A stretch of DNA of 64,000 nucleotides from Balanoglossus misakiensis. Its lineage: Eukaryota; Animalia; Hemichordata. A model generated the notes under the pieces. It saw only the letters and a program-made list of their open reading frames with translations. It did no database searches and had not been told where the DNA came from. Positions 1 to 26,784 of the stretch are shown in pieces (the first letter of the stretch is position 1; each line of letters opens with the position of its first letter). The stretch covers positions 11,025,625-11,089,624 of the forward strand of contig CM082579.2 in assembly GCA_040954595.2 (NCBI GenBank). The letters run 5' to 3'. The position numbers and the translations under genes are program-made.

Positions 1-2
1 CC

Positions 3-3000
3 ACGTGTACAACAACCAGTGAATGTGTATGGTGCAGCTGGTCCCATCATTGTGTTCCCCAAGATTTGTGTGTCCAGTCAGAGGATTCGGTGTTTTGGGC
101 TGACATCAATGGCGGTGAATGGAATACGGAAAGCAGCTGGTTTAACTCCTCAGCACCGAGTGCAGACAGCTCGGTGATCATTGGTCACCATGCCAACGAC
201 TACACCGTCAGAGTTACATCAGATACAACAGTGAAAGACATCGTGATAGGAGTACCATGTGACGACCGTAGGGTTCCCATGTGTGACCATGTCCAGGAAT
301 TGTCCATAGACAGCACCTTGACAGTGACGAACAACATTGTGGTTCACAAAAATGGACACCTTGTACTTAAAGGGACCCTCTCGGTTGGAGGACTCGTGAC
401 GGTTTATGGGAAAATGACATGGAGATGGGGGACTTTGACGGGAAGCGGTAATTTAACAGTTATCGGCACACTTGATGTCTTCAATGACTGGTATCACTAC
501 TACAGATACACACACAATGTTCTTGAGATGCGAATAGAAAACTATGGTGATATGCACTACAGGAACACGCGAAATAACCTTGTGATGAATGAAGGTGGCA
601 TCATAACAAATCAAATATCGGGTGTATTTTATGTGAGTAGTACATGGCAAGTCCAGTATGGTATTCTCTACAATTATGGAAGAGTGGTTGCCGATATAGG
701 AGGAGAGATACAGTTCGGGCCCAAAATTTACAACTATGGCACTGTTGAAGTTGACGCTGGAAAAGTGAAGTTGGTGTCGGGACTGTTTTCAAGTGGAGAT
801 ATTTCTTTAGCGGACGGAACAGAACTGTTGCTGATGGATGATGTGTACGACATCAAAAGTACATGTAGACTAGTGGGGCACGGTGCTAAACTGTCTGCAT
901 CCGGCGCTACTGTGAATTATGAATCTGAGACATTCACTATCAGTTCTCTGTCGGTGGTGGCAAACAGCATCTTCAATGTGGACAGCACCATTCAAATGTC
1001 GTACATGTATCTGGACTATCGTGTAGTTTTGGGTGGAAGCGGCAGCATCATCATTGATGATATCTTGGAGTGGAAGGGAGGATCCATTGAGGGCGATAAA
1101 GACATCGTTGTCAACGGAGAATTGAGACTTCTGTATCCAGAACGGTACAGTTACAGGCGCATCAAAGCTATAAGCGGAGGCCATCTTAGGTTGAAAGGGC
1201 ATGTTTCCATCGCTGCAGATGACATTGTTTTACAGCTATCAGCAAATGCAACTGTAGACTTCGATACAATGTCCCGCGTGTACGTCACTCAGTCGAAACC
1301 CTTCACAATCCAATCGGATTCAACAAGGTGCCGAGTCACCAATTATGGAAACATGATCATAGATGGAACAATGTCGCTGTCTACAGACTTCCAGAATTAC
1401 GGTAACATTTCTGTTGAGAAAGGTAGGATGTACCTCAACAGAAATAGTTATTTTGTAACCGGTCAACTTCAAACCTTCTCTACGGGCACATTGGAATTCC
1501 AAGGTTCGAATCACGCGTTCCTTGCTGATGCGCATCTCTTCCTTGAAGGACATCTATATATGAAAGCACAGTCCATGGTGATCAACTCAAGTATGTGTCA
1601 GTACATCGGGGATATCACTTCAACATCTGGTATCATTGAAATAAGTGACCAATCGGATGTTAGATCTATTGGAACAATAAATTTATATCAAGCAGAACTG
1701 TTTCTCCAATCACTATATGAAGGTGGAGTTAACATAAAGCATGCTGAATTGAGACGGGATGGTAAATTATATTTGAAGACATCATCGAAAATTGACACTG
1801 TCAGATTCCCTGAATACAGCTACACAGGGTATCTTTATCTTGGATCACCAACAAATAGCTATGAGGTGTATGGTGCTATCAACTGGGTCAACGGATATGG
1901 ACAGATTAAACCAGAAACTCCATCTGAAATTCCAACTTTAAAAGTGACAGGAATGTTTTCTCGGAATGGCCGCCAGGATACGTACATAGTATCAATTAAC
2001 TTGGAGATACACAGTAACCTATACCATACCAATGATGGCGACTTGGTACTTACTGATAACATCGATGTTTCTGTCAAGGAGCATGCTTGTTTAAGTTTGC
2101 GTGGTTCATACTGGAGAACCTCTGGAACGGGAACTAAGGCTTTGACCAACAATGGAGAGATGATTGTGCTGCAAGGGAGTACCATCAATGTACCGTTCAC
2201 CAACTATGGCACAGTCAGTGTCTACGAAAGAGCTTCTCTGAATATGCAGCTGTCTTCTACCTTTGCAAGTCAGACAGTCATAATACACCCGAAGGCCTGG
2301 ATGAAGTTTGAAAGTGGCGCCAAGCATGTCATTCAAGCGACGTGCCTTTTTGAACTCATGGGAAGCGGGCTCATCAAAGTTGAAGACCCATCAACCAAGT
2401 TGAATATCACTCAGGACTACTATTCTAATACTGGGATTGAAATTACAGGATCAGATGTGACTGTTGATATGTATACGACAAGAGGGCAAACCGATTTGGA
2501 GTTTCTCAAGTTGGATTACAGATCAAACTTTGGTTTCCATGGAGAGACACTTAACATCAAACGCTTGCATTGGGAAGAAGGTAACCACTGTTATATTTAT
2601 TCTCTCCACATATTCAAATACTTAACATTTAATATTTCAAGTTCCAGTGCAGTTAAGGAGCATTGAATAAAAGCACATGCAGATATTATATGAGAGACGT
2701 GACTTGCACAGTCATGAAAATAGTGTGCGTGACTCAAAGCTTCATTTAACTGTGATAGCATTGTATACATATGTGCATTTCTTGTATCTGTCATTCAATA
2801 GGTCACATCGATTTAAATGGTGGAGCAATGACTGTTGATCACCTGACAACCTACTGGGGAACACGTAACTCAAGAGCTTCGTTACAGGATGGAGTTGCGA
2901 GAATGAAGTCAGCAACGGATACATATGAACACATTGGGCTCTCTGGACAGTATATAACTGTCAATGGTGAACTGATTCTCGAGAGCGGCGAAACCACTAC

Positions 3001-6000
3001 TTTGCATTCCAAACCACTGTATATTGAGGGAGGTGGCCAAATAACCAGTTTCCGCAACCTGTACGTACCAATGGAGAACACTGTAGAAGTTTACCCGGAT
3101 TTCACGTGTCGTTCAAATCTCACAGTAGGGGGAGGGCTGAACATTCGAGCACAGGGGGAAATCACAAACACATTTGTGGATTTTCTTCACGTCGGACAAA
3201 TCAACATACTCGGGTCACATTCTAACCTCAGCGACGTCACCTTTCTAGGCAAAGGCAGGGTATATGCCTCAAGCGGTCAGCTTATGATCAGTGGTAAAAA
3301 ATCGCCGTCATTCAGTGTACAACCAGAGCTTCACTTGTATATTTACCAGGGAGATTGTACTGTGCTGTATATGGAGGACACCGCTTTAATTGACTCGATA
3401 ACTGTGACATCTTCTGGGTCGTTAACACTGGAAGGAATGAGGGCGGAAATACAGTGGGTTGCATTCACTCCTGACTACACGTACGACACCAAACTTCGTA
3501 TCAGTTCACCTTTGTCTGTTACTGTGCAGTACTTCCACATGAGATCATACAGAAGCAGCTCTTCTCTTGACGTCAGCGGAGTTTTCACTGTCCAGGGACT
3601 CATGACATGGAACAGTGGACACATCAATGGCGACGTACAGATAGTTGCAGGTGCTGAACTCATGTTCCAAACAAATAATTTCAAGCAGATTCAAAATGGA
3701 GACCTACATGTCCAAGGAATTGTATATGGGAACGATGATATGTATTTGACCTTAATTGATTCGACAGTCAACATCACTGGTTCCTGGTTTTTCTACCAAA
3801 ACTTTGAATTCCGATCCAACTGCCAGAGAGCGTGCCTGTTGGTGAATTATGGCACAATGGAAGTAGCTGCACCGGCCAAAACTGTAACCATAAAAGCAGG
3901 AAATACTCTAAGAAACTACGGTAAACTGAACATTGTTCGTGGGACAGTCAAAATATCAGATGCAGACATGCTTGGAGAAATCCATGCCAGTGAGGATTCA
4001 AGCGTGACTTTGGACGCCCTGACGCAGACCATAAATAGCTCAACCTCACTCAACTTTGAACATTCGAAGCTGGCCATTTCTGGGAACAGTCACATCGAAA
4101 TCGACGGAGCTTATGCAAATATAGACAATTTGCATTTAGATGGTGGATCCTTGTCTCTCGTAAACACTGAGCACTTTCAAGTCGGCACTTTGATTGTCAA
4201 AAATGGCGATCTCATTATTCATGGTGTCTTTTATGTGAAGACTTTAGTCCTTTCTGGCGGCTCAATAAGTGGCAGTGGTATTTTGCAGACGGATGCATTA
4301 ACCTGGTCTGGTGGTACGATTGGAATTGGAACACCGGAGACTTATCCTGGCGTGGGAGAATTATTTGGAGAGGGAATTCAAGAGAGACCTGCACGAGACA
4401 CTGGCTATGCCTCTCTCTCAGAAGAAAACCCCGAATCATACATGTTGGTATCGGATTATCTCCTGTTCACGGCGTCGTCTGGATCTCTCACAGGGATGCT
4501 TGTTGCAACTGGTGATGTTCAACATTCTTCCAACAACAACCGGATGTCGTTACAGAACAGCGGATGTCTACTCTTGGAAGGAAGGCTTGAAGTACATAGC
4601 AGTTTAACATTTCATGGAAACACAGAGGGTTTTCTCATCAACAATGGCACAATTGTGGTTGATTCCGGATTGACATCGCATGGATTATCGATTTCTGTTC
4701 CATTTATCAACTATGGTACAGTCGATGTATTGAGCGGCAAGTTTTACACCACACCCACCCGAAACAAAATCTCCTGGTATCATGGCAATGTCGAGGTGTC
4801 CTCCTTTGGGCTTTTGTTGTTCTCTTATGGAGAACACTACTTCACGAAGAATTCGTCTGTCTCAGTCCTGGGCACAATGGAGCTACCCGATTACTCCTAC
4901 CCCACATTGGTCAAGTTTGAGAAGTATGCCAATTCTGTATATATCAAGGCGATTAAAATGTGGCGGGGCAACTCCCACTTGGACATACTGACCTCCAATG
5001 CACATATTGAAGAAATGTACCTGTCTGGCGGTACGGTAGTGCTCAGTGCCAACATCCAAATTGGTGTGTGTCAGCTTTTATCTAGCGGAAATTTGCACGT
5101 TAAAAAAGTAACCGAAATTGGAAAGTTGTCGTTTAACAATGGTAACATCTACAGTGACGGACAGAGGCCAAGGATTTCTGTTGACACTTTTGGCTGGTCG
5201 GACGGCAGAATATACACGTCAGAAAGAAACTCCTTAAATGTGGATATCAACAAGTATGCATGGTTCATTCAAGACGATGAAAAACAGATGGATTACAACG
5301 TTATCCTAACTGTGAAAGAAAACGCTGTGTTTGCTTCGAAGGGTCGCACCTACCTTCGTCGCTCCTCGCAGATCGTCGTTGAAGATGGCGCGACAGTTTC
5401 ACACTATGAAGGAAATGTGAATGCGGAAGGAAACGGCCCACAGTTCATCAATCGTGGCGTGTACAGCTTTGGTAGATACCGGAGCAACGGGAACGTCCTC
5501 CTGGATGTCGTGCTGCAAAATCCCGGGCGGATTGAGGTGGAGAGTGGGAGACTACGGCTTGGAAAGGGAGGGTCGTCGAGTAGTATTATCACAAGTGCAG
5601 TCGCCAGTGTGGAAATATCTGGAGGATCGTTGACGGTTCCGCCGGAATCTTTCACGGGCACAGGCACTCTCCAGCCGACAGGGGGTACACTCGCTTTCAC
5701 CAGTGGGACCCTCTCGGTGCCACTGGTGTTGGAGAGGGGAAGCACTGTCCAGATAAACGCCAGTGCAGTTGTCACGGCTGTGGAGGCAGTCACAGTGAAA
5801 GACGGCACACTTCGGGTTAACGGCCTTCTCAATATAACCAGGAAACTAGAGTTCAGCGGAGGGACGATCGACGGAGATGGCATTCTGAAGACCAGGGTAG
5901 ACACAACCATCCTAATCAAAGATTCGTCTAAGAATAGAGTCATGACTGTGGCGTATCTGCAAAATTATGGCACAATGAGGGTATCAGCCAGACTCCAACT

Positions 6001-7234
6001 CAACGCAGGCGAGCTGCGGAATGAAGAATCCGGCACAGTGTCCGTGACAGACTCTGGCTCAATCACCGGAAACGGTATTTTGACAAACGTTGGGTACTTG
6101 GAAGCCACACAGATGCATTCAGAGCGAGTGGCAGAAATAACAACTGGGCTCGAAAATGTTTGGATAATTCACGCCAATGATTCAACCTTACAGTTTACCC
6201 AGTCCAGTCCAAGACAACACTTCACCATTCATTCCAGGGTGACTGGCGACAGAGTCTTGTTAAGGGGCACTGTGAGAGCTAATGGCGTGTATGAATCCAG
6301 TACAGAGATCAACGGCAATCTAGCTGTTACCCACGCTCTGGTTTTTGAAGGGGATATCACATGGTCAGGTGGCAACATATACGGCGAGGATGCGTGTCAG
6401 AGCAGATACTACAACCCAAGTTCCAGTTCCTTGATGATACCACCCTGCCCTGACCAGTATGTACTGAACAAGGGCAATTTCCTGATATTGGATATGTCGG
6501 CCAGCAGGTACGTTGGTGAGCATCTTGAATTTGTCAACCAAGCAAAGGTGACATGGCTAGGAGGGGAAATCAGGTTCCTGGGGCCATTCATCAATTCTGA
6601 AGCCGGAGAAATATTGATACAGGGCCCGAGTCAGTATGAAACCAAAGCTTACAGGCATGCCCCATTTGCACTGGAAAACCACGGGACATTTTCAGTCAAT
6701 CAGTCACGTGTTGACTTGACACCATGCCAGTTCTCCAACTTCAAAGATGTCCATCTGGTCGACGAAGCCCACTTGATCGTGGGTTCTTTCTCGCAGCCGG
6801 GTGACGGAAGCCTGCTGTTCATATCTGAGGGAGCTGCCATTGAAATCTCAACATTGACTATTGCTAATGGCGAAATCGTCTGTGAGGGGACAGTGTATGG
6901 TCATCTCACCATTGGAAGAAGCACTCTAAAAATCGCGCGAACAAGTGTGGTAACACGTGACCTTACTCTCGGAGAAGAGAGCATTTTGGAAGTGAACATA
7001 TTCAGCAGTTCAGAAAGCGACATCTTGGAAGTAGAGGAGGATGTGAATTTGAATGGGCAGTTATCAATCAAGTGGGATGGCAGCGTGTATCAACCAAGTT
7101 CCGGAGACTTCTTTGAAATCATTTCTTACTCTGGAACGAGGAGTGGTCAGTTCAGCCGTATTGAGGGTATGACTTCCAACGTACAATTTGAGGTCAGCTA
7201 TGGCTTACATAATGTGACACTTGCAGTTGTCTAA
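3..7234 (+). CDS. Giant extracellular beta-strand-repeat (beta-helix/autotransporter-passenger-like) protein with N-terminal PSI-like Cys motif; 5'-partial, >=2336 aa
   Basis: Frame is open from the window edge (TCTTTSECVWCSWSHHCVPQDLC, PSI-like CxWC motif). Exon <3-2580, then a phase-1 GT-AG intron 2581-2801 (gaag|gtaacc ... caatag|gtcac), then exon 2802-7234; this joins ORFs 66..2666 and 2771..7234 in frame. Recurrent motifs W.GG.I.G.G, I.N.G, NYG.V.V..G.L.L. C-terminus SDILEV..VNLNGQLSI..P..GDFFEII..GQFS..Y..NVTLAVV*; no TM segment. Confidence 0.8.
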
Positions 7235-7240
7235 TATGAA

Positions 7241-7415
7241 AGTGTGTGATGAAAGTCTGTTTCAACCATGTTCAGGATCTATCTAGGAGATTTCTCTGAA
7301 ATTATTTCCACTCTGTAATATTGGGTGGCCAGTTCCAGCATATCGAAAGCTTGACTTCAACCATACATTTCAAGGCCGTCTATTGCTCCATAATATGACA
7401 ATTGCAGTTGTCTAA
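7241..7415 (+). pseudogene. Degenerate tandem copy of the last ~165 bp of the upstream CDS
   Basis: 7241-7415 aligns by eye to 7071-7234 (e.g. cataatatgacaattgcagttgtctaa vs cataatgtgacacttgcagttgtctaa), with indels and stops. Confidence 0.7.
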
Positions 7416-7426
7416 CATAAATAATA

Positions 7427-7601
7427 AATACACCCTTTTCATAAGTCTAGCGCCGGCATGCAGCCATCAAATTTGAACTCAAAGCGAGGCCAATGGGGAA
7501 AATCCCTTGTCGTGATTTGTCAACTTTTCCCATTGGTCTCACCTTGAGTTCAAATTCATGATGGCTGCATGAGGGCGCTAGACTTACGAAAAGGTTGTAT
7601 T
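7427..7601. mobile_element. Palindromic MITE-like element
   Basis: Imperfect ~70-bp inverted arms: aatacacccttttcataagtctagcgcc...ccaatggg / cccattgg...ggcgctagacttacgaaaaggttgtatt. Confidence 0.65.
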
Positions 7602-10279
7602 GAACCTAAGGCCAAAAAAAAAGAGTTTTGTTTAGCGTCCAAGCAAAATCTCAAAATTGATGCGGTGACGCGGCTTTTTTTTTTTTTTCTGCGAAACAAA
7701 AACAGCAATTATTTCTTTAATAGTCCAAAATTAAGGGGGGATTTGGTCAAAGTAGGGGGGAATCATGATTTGCATAATTTATGTTAATTAGGTAAACATC
7801 AAGGAATGACAATTTTGAACGTTAACTTACTAACTGCCGTCATTCCATATTAAAAACAGCATAAGTAAATTACAACATTTTACATGTGAACTTGACAACA
7901 TATTAACAGTTACAGTTTTTTCTACTTTAAATTAGTAGATTTTGCAGAGGAAGACACCAGCTTGCATAACTTTCAGGGCATGTAATTTAACAAATGCTGG
8001 AGAGCTGAAAATAACTCTCCTGAAATTATTTACACAAGTGGTAGGAGAGTGACTGATTAACTGCTCCCCTGGCAAGTAGAGTGAAATGAATAAAATAAAT
8101 GCAACTGCAAAAACAATAGTGTCTTTCTTTAATACTATACCTGAGAAAAAAATTTCTTGTTTGATTTTAAAAGTTTCAGTTTAGCTGCCAAAATATTATA
8201 TTGTGAAATAAATTGAAGTGGTATATATTTCTTCAGATTTCTGCCTACACTTCCCCATCTGTGGCTAGGCACACTACTCAAATAAACAGTCTCTGTACAT
8301 ATTGAATGACTTTCCTTCCTAAGTAAGTAAGACAACAAGGTCATGGAAAACTGATACATTCTTGATAATCGCCATGGCAGGAACGCAGTTTCTTTAATTT
8401 GCATAAAATTGTTACGTTCTGCCAACCCAATTTCAAAAGTCGCCATAACAACAAGTTCACTTGAGTGCAGAGTGTGTGCTCTAAATTTAGACGGTATCCA
8501 GATAGGCTGTTCCAACAATTGCACACTATAGCCCTGGAGCTAAATTACACGTAAATTAATGTGAAAGTCATCTACTATAGGCCAGCACGCAGTGATATCG
8601 GCCGTTTTCCCAGTTGTTTTGACTGACGGTGCATGCTACAGAGGCTTGGACGCGCATGTACTGGCCGGGTGGGCTGCTCACGAAGGGGCGATTGTCACCC
8701 CCTGAACTTGTTACAAGGGGCGCTTCAAGTGTAAAAGAGGGGGAATCGCGCGTCCTGGAGAAAACACTGATTAGTTGATTTCCGGGTTCGAAAATTACGA
8801 AAAAATAAGAAATCTTGAAGTACTCTTATGCACTCTGACAAGTTACACACCTTCTCTGGGGTAACGCATGCTAGCGATGGGAATGGGGCAGAGGACAACC
8901 AGACTAGTCTGGTTCCCTGTCTCTTTCTCACGCCGCTCGAACTACTCTGCATCCAGCGGCTGGGATTGGGCAGGGTCAGACTAGGAAAACAGCAATGGAC
9001 ACTTCACAATCTGGAACTATAGAAGTACAGAAGCCATACTTGTCTAAGACTAAGACACAAGCTACGGCCTCATTAATTTACGTTTCACACAAAAATGACA
9101 ATTGTTAAAATGACAAGAAAGAGGAAAATACTTGTGATAGATCTTGAGATTAAACAATTAATTTGCCGCATTCAATTCATGTTAGTTAAATATTAATAAT
9201 GCGAGTTAATGTCATTTCGTACTTCCTGGCCCAAGGAAAAATGAGCATGTGTATCGGGAGAAAAAAAGAGTATCAGCTATCTGTTAAATTGCATTATAAA
9301 TTTAGACAACATATCATACACTGTGCCTCTTGCAGTCTGTCGTTATACTGCACATTGCAATTTATTAATTTAGACACTGCATGTATCACACGCCGCGCCT
9401 TTTGTAAGTAGCTGTAGTGTCCGATGGCATTTGCGGTTAAAACTTTCCGTACTGTATGATATGGATGACGTGCATAAGTTTGTGGTCATTCCAGACAGAA
9501 ATGCTTCGCTTCTGCTCGATGACTGCTACATGGATATGCACACATCCCGGGAACACATATACTTTTTTTTTTAGGGGGGGGTTTACTGCAGGCCACTGAT
9601 TTGTGTTGAATATTTGACATAAATTGTTTTAAATAAATTGTCAATTTTATATGGACAATTTTTCCTAAATCTTTGACCTTTATTCGATGCATTTCAATAT
9701 TTAATTGTTCATACAGTATATGTAATTCCACGCTTAGCACCAGGGCTACAGTTTAAGCTTTTGTATCAGAACAGAAACGACGCACACCGCACGACATTAA
9801 TATAGTACGTATGAAACAGATTCGATGGATGGGTTTATACAATATCCACGTATTGACCAGCCATAAGAGCATACGCCTGTCTACCCGAGAAAAATGTTGA
9901 GTCGCTTAAAAATGTATGCATAGAAGCCGTAGTTGCCTGATCATCGCAACAGCATGTAACTCAGACAAAAACTATGGCCCTGTCAATTTACCTGCCACAC
10001 AATAACAATGCCCGAAAATAAAATATTTATACAATGACACAAAAGAAGTAAAACGTTCGTGACAGAAATAGAAATTAAAGGATTGTTGCATTCATTTCAA
10101 TTTAGTTAAATATTGATAAAAGCAATTTAACTATCTGATAATATCACTTCAGATCCCTTGAAAAATATATATTCGGTAGAAAAGAAACACAGAGTATCAG
10201 GTATACTAGAAATTGCATTATAAATTTAAACGTGAAGTCATACAATGAGCCTCTGTCACGCAGCTCTTAAAATTCCGTT

Positions 10280-10580
10280 GATGGCTATGTTTGTTTTTGA
10301 AAAAATGACAAAATTCTTTGGAAAAAACTTCTCAAAAATCGTTTCAAATTTCGGAGTGGTGAGATGAACATATTTATGATATGTACGGCGACTTTTGCAT
10401 GTGCCAATTCTTTCAGATTAACCATATCTATACCAGCTTCTCTTACTTTATTGCTCATATCATATGCATATTTAATTCCAGGCTAACCACTAAGACTCGT
10501 TTTTGTCCAATCTGGGCCCAAAAAATTAACCCAACTTCTGGATGACCTTTGACCTACTTTCGCATATGTCATTTGCATAT
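10280..10580 (+). repeat. Diverged fragment of the repeat family found at 59.4-62.1 kb
   Basis: Shares aattccaggctaacc and gacctttgacctactttcgcata with the 59.4-62.1 kb units; boundaries approximate. Confidence 0.5.
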
Positions 10581-10911
10581 ACAGTATAAATGTATGTGTT
10601 CCTTGTATGTTGTGGAACATGGCACTTTATGGAGCAAATATGTTTGTTAATTACGCTCCTGCCTTATTCAAAGTTTCAATTTTATCTTATTTAGCTGCTA
10701 AAAAAGTATTTTGCAAAAATGACAATCCAGTCCGTTGATTTATTCGACATTTCTTGATAAAATCCCACTTGTGGTCATCGTTCCGAAAAGACCAAAGCAC
10801 AATATCAGATGATACGAGCAATGTGATTATACAAATTATCATACGCAGTCGGCCAGGTTATGATTGAGTGACGTGCATTAATATTGACGCATCGAATAAA
10901 AGCGCCTGGGT

Positions 10912-10925
10912 GTTCCCATAGCAAC
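10912..10925. promoter_or_regulatory. RFX X-box-like motif upstream of the SRCR-GAIN gene
   Basis: GTTCCCATAGCAAC versus consensus GTTGCCATGGCAAC, ~80 bp before ATG 11006. Confidence 0.35.
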
Positions 10926-11005
10926 TGACTGATGTAATAGTATATACTCTGTATGCCCAACAGTTGAAATTGTCTTTCGTGTGGAAAACAGAATGAAACA
11001 CTGAG

Positions 11006-24108
<13,103 letters not shown>

Positions 24109-24484
24109 TCACCGGACGAGTTTCAACAGCACCTAAGCGAACATCGATATCACGTTGACAAGGAAGAACAAAGCGTTGTAGAAAATCGTTATGTTTTGTA
24201 TTATTAGAACGATATTACCAATTCTACAAAATTTCTCGAATTTAAACTATATGCTGACGATATCAAACCGTTGGGAATTGATAGACTGGATTTTTCGATA
24301 CATACTTTCATTATTATAATGACTTTAGAATCTTTCAATCTTGTGACATATTTATTTGAAAGGATGATGCTGGTCAAACTTAAATATTGATACATTTGCA
24401 TGCACGCCGTAGGGGCCGACACATTCTTTATCATAATTTACATATACGAATAACCTATGAAATATAATATGTAATCTAGTGTAA

Positions 24485-24551
<67 letters not shown>

Positions 24552-24600
24552 AGGAGGAGGAGGAGGAGGAGGAGGAGGAGGAGGAGGAGGACGACGAGGA
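24485..24600. repeat. (GAT)n + (GAG)n microsatellite
   Basis: Read directly. Confidence 0.95.
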
Positions 24601-25039
24601 AGATGATATCCTCTAAAGTTTCATACAAATATCATGAAATTATGTGAGGCGGAGCTTTGTTTTATTTAACAATTATATCAATAAACATCCATAATAGTAA
24701 AGTTATGATAATTGTTTTGTTATTTGGATGGTGAAAAGGCAAGATTTACAAACATCCCTGGAGGGGCGGGAGGGTTGAGAGGGCGGCTTCAAAAATATGA
24801 CACTGTGTCAGTATAGAGAGATCAGGGACATACTGTGACTGCAAAGGAGGGAATTGAAAATACAATGAATGTCAAACGTCATGTGGCATGTTTACGACAC
24901 TTTCCTGAGACAATAGAGAATCACATAATTTCGCGCAATGGCAAATAAGCACTCAGATTACCAAATTTTAAGTAAAATGTCCAAAAGTGAAATAGTGTTA
25001 ACTTTGCATCCGTTGAAAATAAATCGATGAAATGAAGAA

Positions 25040-25195
25040 AACCTTTCTACGCCAGACATCCCGAGAGTGTAAGTTACGCCATGTCTCGGATGAAGAGAGA
25101 TATTATAACCGATGAAGTTGTAATCGTATTTAGCAGGAATCCCATTAGCGCAATCGGCTCGGATGCGTTCAACTGGGTCTATAACTATCGTTGTT
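25040..25195 (+). pseudogene. Relic of a paralog of the downstream LRR gene
   Basis: Translates SYAMSRMKRDIITDEVVIVFSRNPISAIGSDAFNWV versus RYVKSRMKREWPSDRNRIVLSGNPIRAIGPDAFSWI in the 26960 gene; no flanking ORF. Confidence 0.7.
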
Positions 25196-26784
25196 GAAGG
25201 TAGAAAGAACTCCTGTATCTGTACGGAGCACTTTGGGTCTGTGTTAAAACTGTCTAACTTATTTTTACGTCTACCATGCCTCGAGGTTAGCGCAAAATAA
25301 TGACATCGACTTAAGCAACCGTGATAGCTTTTGGTATACAGTGAGACTTGTTAGGACCAGTTTCTTGGGCTACACGGAGAAGTTCACTGAACCCGGAAAT
25401 ACGACTGACATTAATATGGAAGCCTTTACTTGGGGGTGACCTTCGCAAACAAATGGTACTTTGTTTTTTTAAAGGGCGTTGTTCATTTTAACCCACAGCA
25501 CAATTAAGATAGGCGTGGTCACACTACCATGGCGTAATTACTGTACCAAAACATTTGCAGATAGAGTCCAAAAACGGTGCTACGGTGCTAATGACACGAG
25601 GAAGTTCAAGTGAACATACATCCAATCATTCCTCTTTGATACCAGAGGTTCTTTGTAGATATGGTAAATTCCTAATTTTGACATTGTGAATAGGAGACCT
25701 ATTCAAAGATTGTAGTCTTTATAAAGGCTTTCAGAAACGTATTTTGCATATTAGAGGTGGCTACGTGCAGCCAAGGAGGTACCAATGCGACCAACCGAAA
25801 ACTTTGTTCTCGACGGTAAACAACCCAGACACCCGATGTTGACATGGGTTACTTGAGAATGAAAAGATTACCCTTTGTTTGCAACAATACAAATTCAAAC
25901 GTCCAAGCTGACCTACCCCAACCCTTCCCCTATCCTCCTCTTTCATTGAGAGCTTCAATATATTTACACACAACTTTTATGGCGTAACTTTAAAAAATTC
26001 GCTCAATGGTAGGACCAAGCAACTGTTTAGCTTGAGCGGAAAAACTTTATAACTGATCGGATAAGAATTTCGTTACATCTACACACGTTACGTCTATTAA
26101 CAACCTCCCTGGACACATATTGGTGGCCCTTCTCTTTCATCATCCAATTGGAAAGTTGATTAGCTCGACCAACAATCTCCCTAATCTGCCTGAAATAAAC
26201 AGCATCATTGAACAAAGCTTGGCATGGCCTAGCAAAGATGACTCGACCTTTGAGGTGTTGACAACATGAAATACATTAGGTCGACGGATGAAAATAGTTT
26301 TTTGCTGAGACCTGAAATGCATGCGATTATACATCTATAGTATCATTGAAACCTGTAATAAACATCAGGTACAGGTCTATAGGTACGCAAATAGAGCAAG
26401 TTATGTTAGGGCATTATGCGGTTCTTGGTGACTGCAGGTTGCCCGTGGGAAAGGTGTTTAGGTCAACGTATGTCCATTTTACAATTGGGTCGAATGCCGA
26501 GGGGTTACGATGCCACTTGCCTCTGCACAGTGATCAAGGAAGCTTCCCATCGTCGTTACTCACGCATTGGCACACCTTGTTTATCATCAAAATCAACTCC
26601 GTTTATTGAAGTTTGTCTACCGGGTTTGTCTACCAGCTGCCTGAGGAATCATTTAATGCGCCACTGAAGTTGCCGTGAACAACCTCAAAGGAACGTTTGT
26701 TCGTGCGTTTGCGTATAAACCCTACAGCTGGTGGTGTTCGGTTTAATGTTGCTAGGTGAGAGATTGATTGAAATGTTGTACTGA

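Noticed and set aside
5404-5943. 179-aa antisense ORF (and other short ORFs overlapping the giant gene)
   Set aside because: Shadow frames of a long, GC-richer CDS; no motifs or splice support.
1-7234. Bacterial contamination as the explanation for the giant ORFs
   Set aside because: An in-phase GT-AG intron joins the two ORFs, there is an animal-type Cys motif, and the flanks carry eukaryotic repeats.
9150-10250. Diverged ~170-bp direct repeat (about 9165-9330 vs 10085-10250)
   Set aside because: AT-rich and non-coding with no termini; probably an old local duplication of little significance.
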